A stretch of DNA of 32,000 bases from Candidatus Electrothrix sp. GW3-4 (GTDB lineage Bacteria; Desulfobacterota; Desulfobulbia; Desulfobulbales; Desulfobulbaceae): NCBI RefSeq assembly GCF_037902255.1, contig NZ_CP147990.1, forward strand, positions 1,620,001 to 1,652,000. Direction: 5' to 3'. Below are positions 1 to 6,666 of the stretch, in pieces. Made by a program: the position numbers and the translations under genes. Position 1 is the first letter of the stretch. Each line of letters starts with the position of its first letter. The notes beneath the pieces are model-generated. The model made no database searches, was not told where the DNA came from, and worked only from the letters and a program-made list of their open reading frames with translations.

Positions 1-860
1 TTGAACTGGCGTGGAGCAGTATCTGGCCAGCGGATCATCCTGATTTTGAAACCAATCCGGGTGGCAAGCTCACGGGCAGCGGAAATAGACTCCGGGCTAT
101 GGTTGACGCAGAGAAAGACGGTATTGAGCCAGGCCAGTTGTTCCGTTGCCAGGTGAGCAAATTCACTGATAGCAGGCAGGGCAATGCCGGGTAGCCCCAT
201 CTGCCGGACAGCAAGCAGGTTATCTTCGCCTTCTATGATCACCAGGCTGCCGTTCTCACAGCGTTGAATATCCTCCAGATTAAAAATTTGCAATCCGGGC
301 TGGGCAAAGTCTTCATCGCCATGCCAAAAGCTGTCTTCGGGTTTGTCGGGATGGACACAGCGGGCTGCATAACAGTTGCCGTCTGCCTGAAGATAGGGGT
401 AGACCAGGTAGCGCCCGTTGTAGCCGATCTTCATTTCCCGGAGGACAGCCCGAGAGACTCCTGATTGGGCAAAGCGCTCAATCAGGTCATCGGTCATCCT
501 GTCCATGAAGTCTCGTACTTCATGGTTAATATTCTTGACCGGGTAATTGAGCTGACTGGCAGCGTAATCCCGGTCTGGATCAAAACCAGGGGCCAAGCTC
601 AGGTCAAGATGTGCTTGGCGGGCAAAATAGAGCGGAAAACCACCGGGAGAGCAGCGATTGAGGCAGCGGTAATAGCCATGAAAATAGCTTTCTGGATTCA
701 GAAAGACGACAAGGGCTTTTCCTCCCTTTTGCCGTTTTTTGTTTGATGACGCACCGGTCCGGGTGCAAAAAGGGCAGTCTGCTGTCAGGACCTTATTATG
801 CAGCTTTGCTCCTGGGAGTTGGGTCAGATAGAAATCAGTTACCGGGTCAGTACGGTTCAT
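1..860 (-). CDS. Primase-like zinc-finger / Toprim domain protein (partial; C-terminus lies beyond the left window edge)
   Basis: This gene is not in the ORF track. My manual minus-strand translation from the ATG at 860-858 (AAGGA about 8 nt upstream) gives MNRTDPVTDFYLTQLPGAKLHNKVLTADCPFCTRTG...YYRCLNRCSPGG (a Cys4-type finger like the DnaG CHC2 region), then ...GSLVIIEGEDNLLAVRQMGLPGIALP (Toprim Glu motif). It stays open to position 1. The plus-strand ORFs 264-464 and 465-746 are antisense shadows of it. Confidence 0.6.
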   Translation of the reverse strand, partial: MNRTDPVTDFYLTQLPGAKLHNKVLTADCPFCTRTGASSNKKRQKGGKALVVFLNPESYFHGYYRCLNRCSPGGFPLYFARQAHLDLSLAPGFDPDRDYAASQLNYPVKNINHEVRDFMDRMTDDLIERFAQSGVSRAVLREMKIGYNGRYLVYPYLQADGNCYAARCVHPDKPEDSFWHGDEDFAQPGLQIFNLEDIQRCENGSLVIIEGEDNLLAVRQMGLPGIALPAISEFAHLATEQLAWLNTVFLCVNHSPESISAARELATRIGFKIRMIRWPDTAPRQF

Positions 861-875
861 GGGTAATATCCTTGG

Positions 876-1460
876 TTACTCATCAATAAAGATTGAAGAT
901 AATGCTATTTGGAGCTGATCAAACTGGATTGAGAGCAAGGTGTCATCACGGTCTAAAATCTGTGCTTTGCTGTATTGGCCGTCTTGCTCCAGGGTGTAGA
1001 GCATGGCGATTTTATCTATGGGATGCAACAGCCAGTACTCTGTTACACCGTGCTGTTCATAGAGAAAGCGTTTGACTTTGAGATCCTTGGCTGCGGTGGA
1101 GGGCGATAATATTTCAATCACCAGGTCCGGTGCTCCGACACAGCCACGCTCATCAAGCTTTTTCCGGTCACAGATGACAGAGATATCCGGTTGAACAACT
1201 GTGACGATCTCGGTATCTTCAGCTTCCTCCTTGTCAGGTAATCGGACGTCAAAGGGAGCTACATACACCTCACAGTTTTTTTCTTTGAAATAATCGAATA
1301 AGGCATAAAGAATTCTGGACAGCACAGCTTGATGAAGGCGCGAAGGGGCAGGGGACATAGCCCACACTTCTCCGTTGATCAGCTCCCAGCGTTCCTGATT
1401 ATCCCAGGAAATATAATCAGCATAACTGTATCTGGTCTGGGATTGCTGCGGTAATGCCAT
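876..1460 (-). CDS. Uma2 family (DUF820) endonuclease
   Basis: The family signature is present across the ORF: YSYADYISW...WELINGEVWAMSPAPSRLHQ...APFDV...VVQPDISVICD...GAPDLVIEILSPST...K...Y...GV.EYW. I prefer the ATG at 1460 (MALPQQ; GAGG 6 nt upstream) over the track start at 1547. It ends 15 nt upstream of the primase-like gene on the same strand. Confidence 0.85.
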   Translation of the reverse strand: MALPQQSQTRYSYADYISWDNQERWELINGEVWAMSPAPSRLHQAVLSRILYALFDYFKEKNCEVYVAPFDVRLPDKEEAEDTEIVTVVQPDISVICDRKKLDERGCVGAPDLVIEILSPSTAAKDLKVKRFLYEQHGVTEYWLLHPIDKIAMLYTLEQDGQYSKAQILDRDDTLLSIQFDQLQIALSSIFIDE

Positions 1461-1599
1461 AACACGACCTCTGAGTTGGTATTTTGCTGGATTGTATCGG
1501 ATCGGTTGCCAAATCTGAGCGGGAAAGGTAGTATTGCCTTCGTACAAAGATGATAGATATTTTTTACTCTATTTTCTCAGGAAAAACAATGGAGCTGGT

Positions 1600-2262
1600 A
1601 TGGATTCGCCTAAGGAATCTTGTGCTAATCCGTGCAGTGCCAAACTGATTCCAATGAAGATTATCTCATTTTCTCTTGCTCTTTTCTTCCTCATCTGCTT
1701 TTCTCCGGCTATTATTGTTCAAGCTGGGCGAAATAAGGTGAGTGAAGATATCAGCGGCGGACTTATTCGGGCAGCGCTGGAGCGCACCACCTATCTGGTC
1801 AGGTATGATGGCAGCTATCGCCAGCTTGCCTATCCCGGCGGGGATGTACCAGGGGATATCGGTGTCTGCACCGATGTGGTTATTCGCTCGTATCGTAAGG
1901 TCGGTATTGATTTGCAAAAAGAGGTCCATGAAGACATGCGGAAAAATTTTTTCCTCTATCCCAAAAAATGGGGGTTGGCTGGACCGGATAAGAATATCGA
2001 TCATCGCCGGGTACCGAACCTCCAGGTCTTTTTTCGTCGGCATGGTAAGGAATTGCCCGTGACCAAGGATAGCCAAGATTATAAGGCCGGAGAGCTGGTA
2101 ACCTGGATGTTGCCGGGAAATCTGCCCCACATCGGTATTGTGATCGACAGAAAAACTACTGATGATCAGCGGCCTTTGATTGTCCATAATATCGGACGAG
2201 GTCCCAAGCTGGAGGACATGCTGTTTCAGTACCCGATAACAGGGCATTATCGCTTCCCTTGA
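1600..2262 (+). CDS. DUF1287 domain-containing exported protein
   Basis: The sequence RYDGSYRQLAYPGGDVPGDIGVCTDVVIRSYRKVGIDLQKEVHEDM...NIDHRRVPNLQVFF...LPGNLPHIGIV...PLIVHNIG...ITGHYRF matches my memory of DUF1287. The start is ambiguous: ATG 1600 has GGAG 6 nt upstream, while ATG 1654 begins directly at the hydrophobic signal-like MKIISFSLALFFLICF. Confidence 0.8.
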   Translation: MDSPKESCANPCSAKLIPMKIISFSLALFFLICFSPAIIVQAGRNKVSEDISGGLIRAALERTTYLVRYDGSYRQLAYPGGDVPGDIGVCTDVVIRSYRKVGIDLQKEVHEDMRKNFFLYPKKWGLAGPDKNIDHRRVPNLQVFFRRHGKELPVTKDSQDYKAGELVTWMLPGNLPHIGIVIDRKTTDDQRPLIVHNIGRGPKLEDMLFQYPITGHYRFP

Positions 2263-2270
2263 GGGGGTAT

Positions 2271-2438
2271 AGCTGATTCATGGACAATCACATCAAACAG
2301 CTCGACGTGATTGTCCAATCCTTTAATAAATTCATCCAAACTTTGGGTAAGAAAGTCCAACGACTGGATCATGTTATCCAAAGTTTAGATAAAAAAGCCC
2401 ACTTATTGGATAAGCTCATTGAAGCGTTTGATAAAGAA
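2271..2438. repeat. Four degenerate tandem copies of a 42-bp unit
   Basis: Units start at 2271, 2313, 2355 and 2397, exactly 42 bp apart. The shared skeleton is GTCCAA-N5-GGAT-N6-ATCCAAA-N2-TT-N-GATAA-AAA, and the first copy is the most diverged. Confidence 0.55.
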
Positions 2439-2579
2439 AGAGTAAACTTTTATTCTTTCTTCAGGTGGATACATTATATATGTTCTCTCCTGGCGAGAAA
2501 GGTCACTGGCTGGCATGGGCCGATCTACCATGCTGACAAAGGACAGGACAGTCTCAGCAGGCTGAGCCGCAAGACATGA
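2280..2579 (+). CDS. Hypothetical small protein with 14-residue amphipathic repeats (coding status uncertain)
   Basis: This is a 99-aa ORF. The N-terminal half consists of in-frame 42-bp/14-aa repeats (VQSFNKFIQTLGKK / VQRLDHVIQSLDKK / AHLLDKLIEAFDKE). I recognise no family. Confidence 0.3.
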   Translation: MDNHIKQLDVIVQSFNKFIQTLGKKVQRLDHVIQSLDKKAHLLDKLIEAFDKERVNFYSFFRWIHYICSLLARKVTGWHGPIYHADKGQDSLSRLSRKT

Positions 2580-2618
2580 ACAACATACTCTCTTTGCTCA
2601 AAAATAATCTAAACGAAT

Positions 2619-4274
2619 ATGATACGATCCCAAGTAAAAACACTTGTTGACCAATGTTTCCAGCAGGGCGTGGACCAAGGCCTCTGGTCTGATGCTGCCG
2701 CAAATATCTATAACGTGGAAGTGCCCCGCCATGAGGGGCAAGGTGATTTTTCCACCAACTTTGCTATGGTGCTGGCTGGCAAGGAAAAACGCAATCCCCG
2801 TGAAATCGCCGGGCAGCTGGTGGACTTACTAAACAAGGATGAGGACTTGCTGGATAAGGTGGAAATCGCTGGTCCGGGCTTTGTGAATCTTTTTCTCAGG
2901 CCTTCGGTCTGGAGCACCGTCCTTGCACCTATCAGCGAGCAGGGCAAGGCCTTTGGTCTGTCCGATATCGGTCAGGGGAAAAAGGTGCTGGTAGAGTTTG
3001 TCAGTGCCAACCCTACCGGACCGCTCAGTGTGGGCCACGGTCGTAATGCCATCCTCGGGGATACCATTGCCCGCCTGCTCAAGGCCACTGGTCATGATGT
3101 CAGCCGAGAGTATTATTTCAATAATGCTGGTCGCCAGATGCGGGTGCTGGCCGACTCCCTGCGGGCACGCTATCTGGAACGACTGGACCTGGAAAATGAA
3201 TTTCCGGAAGATGGCTACCAAGGAGATTATATTTACGAGATCGCCCAGGGGATGATTGATGAGGCCGGGGCCAATTTTCAGGAGGCGGAGCAGGATTTCT
3301 TCCGTAAACGGGCCCAGGATGCCATCTTTGCTGATATTGATGCTACCCTGAAGCGCATTGGTATTGCCTTTGACTCCTATTATAATGAGCACACCCTGTA
3401 CGAGGAAGGAAAGATTGAGGATGTGGTCACAGAACTGCGGGCAAAGGGATTGGTGTATGAGCAGGATGAAGCGACCTGGTTTAAGACCACTGAATTCGGT
3501 GAACAGCAGGATCGGGTGATTATCAAAAATACTGGTGAGCCCACCTATCGTCTACCGGACATTGCTTATCATCGCGAAAAATTTCGCCGTGGCTTTGACT
3601 GGATGATCAACGTCTTTGGGGCAGATCATATTGCCACGGTGCCCGATGTCCTAGCTGGTGTGGAGGCCTTGGGCTATGATAAATCCAAGGTCCATGTGGT
3701 CCTCTATCAGTTTGTCACCCTGCTCCGGGACGGCAAGCAGGTCAAGATGTCCACCCGTAAAGCCACCTTTGTCACCGTAGATGAGTTAGTGGATGAAGTG
3801 GGCGTTGATGCCCTCCGCTTTTTTTTCCTGATGCGCAAACCGGATTCTCAGCTGGAGTTTGATCTGGAGCTGGCCACAGCCCAGAGTCAGGAAAATCCGG
3901 TCTATTATGTCCAGTACGCCCATGCCCGACTCTGCTCCATTGCCCGGATGGCAACGGAAAAGGGTGTTGCTCTGCCTGTTCTTGCCGAAACCGATCTTTC
4001 ACCCTTACAGGAGGAGGAAGAGCACCAGCTGCTCAAGACCCTGGCCTCCTACCCGGCCTTGGTTGCAGATGCTGCCACTGACCTGGCTCCCCATCGGATT
4101 ATCTTTTTTCTTATGGAGCTGGCCGGGAATTTCCATTCCTTTTATAATAAGCATAAGGTGGTGACCGAGGAGCAGCAGCTCACCGCAGCACGGCTCTGTC
4201 TCTGTCAGGGCATTAAGACTGTGCTGGCTAATGGACTGGACTTAGTTGGGCTGACAGCACCTGAGAGGATGTAG
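2619..4274 (+). CDS. argS: Arginine--tRNA ligase
   Basis: It is 551 aa long. The class I HIGH-type motif (SANPTGPLSVGHGRN), a KMSK-type motif (VKMSTRK) and full-length ArgRS-like sequence (DFSTNFAM, GEPTYRLPDIAYH, DALRFFFL) are all present. Confidence 0.97.
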   Translation: MIRSQVKTLVDQCFQQGVDQGLWSDAAANIYNVEVPRHEGQGDFSTNFAMVLAGKEKRNPREIAGQLVDLLNKDEDLLDKVEIAGPGFVNLFLRPSVWSTVLAPISEQGKAFGLSDIGQGKKVLVEFVSANPTGPLSVGHGRNAILGDTIARLLKATGHDVSREYYFNNAGRQMRVLADSLRARYLERLDLENEFPEDGYQGDYIYEIAQGMIDEAGANFQEAEQDFFRKRAQDAIFADIDATLKRIGIAFDSYYNEHTLYEEGKIEDVVTELRAKGLVYEQDEATWFKTTEFGEQQDRVIIKNTGEPTYRLPDIAYHREKFRRGFDWMINVFGADHIATVPDVLAGVEALGYDKSKVHVVLYQFVTLLRDGKQVKMSTRKATFVTVDELVDEVGVDALRFFFLMRKPDSQLEFDLELATAQSQENPVYYVQYAHARLCSIARMATEKGVALPVLAETDLSPLQEEEEHQLLKTLASYPALVADAATDLAPHRIIFFLMELAGNFHSFYNKHKVVTEEQQLTAARLCLCQGIKTVLANGLDLVGLTAPERM

Positions 4275-4294
4275 CCCAAAAAATAATGAAAAAA

Positions 4295-4330
4295 GGAGGA
4301 GTATCTCAAATATATTTGAGATACTCCTCC
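4295..4330. terminator. Bidirectional intrinsic terminator between convergent argS and the rhodanese gene
   Basis: It is a perfect 36-nt palindrome, GGAGGAGTATCTCAAATA|TATTTGAGATACTCCTCC. An A-run lies on the left (4286-4294) and T/A-rich sequence on the right. It sits 21 nt after the argS stop and 35 nt after the minus-strand stop at 4365-4367. Confidence 0.7.
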
Positions 4331-4364
4331 TGAGTATAAAACATCGCCTGATGAGGCAGTTTGT

Positions 4365-4730
4365 TTACTTTTCTTCCACAGGGTATTCTTCTCTGTTTTC
4401 CTGGCGGAGCCATTTTTTCCATACGCCTTTAAGCGCATAAACTTCTTTGATTCTTTTTTCTTCGATCAATGTGCGTGCCAAACTGGCACTGCTTCCTTCA
4501 TTGTTTCAGGCGCAGTAAATAACCAGCTTTTTATTCTCGCTCTCCTTGGTAATACCGGGCAGCCATTCATCAATGGAGTCTGCTGCTGTCCGTATTGCAC
4601 CTTTGATTTTGAATTCACTGGATTTCCAGTCTTTACCAGAGCGGGCATCCATAATAATGACCTCACCTGAGCCCATTGCAGCCTTGAGTTCCTCTTTGCT
4701 TATGCGTGGAGCCTCAGCAGCAAGAACGAT
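4365..4730 (-). CDS. Single-domain rhodanese-like sulfurtransferase with an in-frame TGA (candidate selenocysteine) at 4506-4508
   Basis: My manual translation reads ...ISKEELKAAMGSGEVIIMDARSGKDWKSSEFKIKGAIRTAADSIDEWLPGITKESENKKLVIYCA[TGA]NNEGSSASLARTLIEEKRIKEVYALKGVWKKWLRQENREEYPVEEK*, and it looks like rhodanese on both sides of the TGA in a single frame. The start is uncertain. The in-frame options are ATC at 4730 (AAGAGG 7 nt upstream, directly after an in-frame TAA) or ATG at 4676, which would truncate the domain. The track lists only an out-of-frame 66-aa ORF here. Confidence 0.6.
4475..4489 (-). promoter_or_regulatory. SECIS-like hairpin downstream of the in-frame UGA
   Basis: The minus-strand RNA forms GUGCCA-GUU-UGGCAC: a 6-bp perfect stem with a G/U-containing apical loop. 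The stem begins 16 nt after the UGA, so the loop starts 22 nt after it. That is within the spacing I recall for bacterial SECIS elements. Confidence 0.45.
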
Positions 4731-4884
4731 AAATTAACCTCTTTCAAAGCAAAAGTTTTTTTCTCACACATGGTGTGAGGGGGGCATGGATTTCAGTATG
4801 CGTCGTTGTCAGCTTTGGTGAAAAATGGTATCCTTTCTTGCAAATAAATTGCACTGGTTGTATTTACCTTAACGTTCTTGAATA

Positions 4885-5625
4885 ATGAAAAAAACACATG
4901 CTGCTATAACTGGCAAAGGGTCGCCGTTATCCAAGTATCAGGACGTAATCATCGGCAATCGCTCATTATTTTCCTTCTTGTACTATGAGTGGTGCCAGTT
5001 ATTAGGTCCAATTCCAGGGGCACTTGGAATGATTCTGCGCAAATTATTTTGGCCTGCTCTGTTTGCCAGCTGTGGAAAAGGATGCATGTTTGCAGCTGGT
5101 ATCGTCCTACGCCAGCCTGGTAAAATCCATCTTGGTGATGCCGTGGTCCTCAGTGAGGGATGCATACTTGATGGCCGACATGGAACCGAGTCTGTCTCTA
5201 TCCGTCTTGGCAATAATGTTATTCTCTCTAATGATGTGATGATTTCATGTAAAAATGGCACCGTCACTCTTGGGAATAACTGCGGCGTGAATTCCAGGAG
5301 CATTATTCAGTCCACCAATAACTGCCCTGTGGTCATCGGGCCGGATTGTATTATTGGCCAGCAATGTTTTCTTGTTGGGGGAGGAAGTTATCATTATGAT
5401 CGTTTGGATATCCCCATCCGAGAGCAGGGAATACGGGCCGATGGTGGTGTTCAGCTTGAGGAAGATGTCTGGCTCGGTGGGAATGTCACTGTGCTTGGTG
5501 GGGTGAAGATGGGCAAGGGAAGTATGGCCGGAGCTGGCGCTCTCATGACCCGTTCTGTTGCTGCCTACACAATTTCACTGGGTACGCCAGCCCGGGTTGT
5601 CAAGAATCGCAAGGGTAAGGCATGA
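4885..5625 (+). CDS. Hexapeptide-repeat (left-handed beta-helix) acyl/acetyltransferase, WcaF-like
   Basis: Hexapeptide-type repeats run through the C-terminal two thirds (IRLGNNVILSNDVMISC, VTLGNNCGVNS, VVIGPDCIIGQQC, VWLGGNVTVLGGVKMGKGSMAGAGALM). Its stop overlaps the next gene's start (ATGA at 5622-5625). Confidence 0.85.
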   Translation: MKKTHAAITGKGSPLSKYQDVIIGNRSLFSFLYYEWCQLLGPIPGALGMILRKLFWPALFASCGKGCMFAAGIVLRQPGKIHLGDAVVLSEGCILDGRHGTESVSIRLGNNVILSNDVMISCKNGTVTLGNNCGVNSRSIIQSTNNCPVVIGPDCIIGQQCFLVGGGSYHYDRLDIPIREQGIRADGGVQLEEDVWLGGNVTVLGGVKMGKGSMAGAGALMTRSVAAYTISLGTPARVVKNRKGKA

Positions 5626-6608
5626 GTGGAAAGAGAAAAAGGCAGCTTTTCCTTGTCATTAAAATATTATTCAGTTCCACCTTGATGTTTATCCTCTATC
5701 GGAGGATTCCTTTGGAGGACCTGCAAGAGGTGCTGGCATCACTGAACTATCTTTATTTTCTGCCGATTTGCCTCCTGCTCTTTATGAACACGGTGCTGAG
5801 CGCCCTCAAATGGCGTCTCTTGCTCGCTGCCGATGGGGTTAATATCCCTCTCTCAACCCTGACAATGACCTATCTGATCGGGAGCTTTTATAACCTTTTT
5901 CTTCCCTCAAATATAGGGGGAGATTCGTACCGAATCTACGATATAGCTCAAAAAAGCAGAGACAGCGTACGCTCAGCTGCCTCTGTGTTTGCCGATCGAT
6001 TTTCTGGTTTTCTCGCCCTTGTTTCACTCAGCTTGGTCTCCTCCATCCTCGTAGCGCGTGAATTTAACAATCTGTTCTTTTTTCTCGCTCCCTTGCTGAT
6101 TTTTCTAATTATGCTTGTTGTGCTCATTGCCTTAGTCAGGGAAAAACCTGTACGGAGTCTCCTCAGGTTGACCCGCTTAGATCGTTTTCCCTTTCTGGTT
6201 AAGCTTACTGAAAAGTTTTTTCTCTCTTTTCAGTGCTATGGCGCTGATCGTAAATTGTTGAGCCAGGTTATGCTGATTTCTTTTGTTTTTCAATTATCAG
6301 TTATTCTCATCGTGCAACTACTGGCCCTTTCTCTCCATGCTTCGGTATCTTTTTTTTACTTTAGTGCCTTTGTACCGCTCATTACGCTCATGGAAGCTCT
6401 CCCCGTTTCTATGTTTGGGCTGGGGTTACGAGATATGGGCTATGTATTTTTCTTTGGCTGGGTCGGCATGACCGATGTGCAGACCAGGTCCCTTGCCCTC
6501 CTTTTTCTGGCAACTTCTGTCGGGTATTCCTTGATAGGAGGCGTTGTCTACCTGCTGCGCCTTTTGACTTCTGAACCGAAGAGACAGGTGGATGGTTCGG
6601 TGAGTTGA
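5622..6608 (+). CDS. UPF0104 / LPG-synthase-TM 'flippase-like' polytopic membrane protein
   Basis: It is a 328-aa protein with many hydrophobic segments. The family-typical motif ...LIGSFYNLFLPSNIGGDSYRIYD... is present. It is translationally coupled to the acetyltransferase. Confidence 0.8.
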   Translation: MSGKRKRQLFLVIKILFSSTLMFILYRRIPLEDLQEVLASLNYLYFLPICLLLFMNTVLSALKWRLLLAADGVNIPLSTLTMTYLIGSFYNLFLPSNIGGDSYRIYDIAQKSRDSVRSAASVFADRFSGFLALVSLSLVSSILVAREFNNLFFFLAPLLIFLIMLVVLIALVREKPVRSLLRLTRLDRFPFLVKLTEKFFLSFQCYGADRKLLSQVMLISFVFQLSVILIVQLLALSLHASVSFFYFSAFVPLITLMEALPVSMFGLGLRDMGYVFFFGWVGMTDVQTRSLALLFLATSVGYSLIGGVVYLLRLLTSEPKRQVDGSVS

Positions 6609-6666
6609 TAATATTAATAAGATAAAGCTCGGGAGGCCGTGGAGCTCTTCGGTTTCCAGGATAGCT

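Noticed and set aside
264-746. Two plus-strand ORFs (66 and 93 aa) at the left edge
   Set aside because: They are antisense to the longer uninterrupted minus-strand frame (1-860), which shows zinc-finger and Toprim motifs. The plus-strand products have no motifs.
1666-2247. A 193-aa minus-strand ORF
   Set aside because: It is antisense to the DUF1287 gene, which has strong family-specific sequence. The minus-strand product has no motifs.
2271-2438. The possibility that the 42-bp periodic repeats are a small CRISPR array
   Set aside because: The units are contiguous with no unique spacers, they are degenerate rather than near-identical, and they are in frame with an ORF. No cas genes are nearby.
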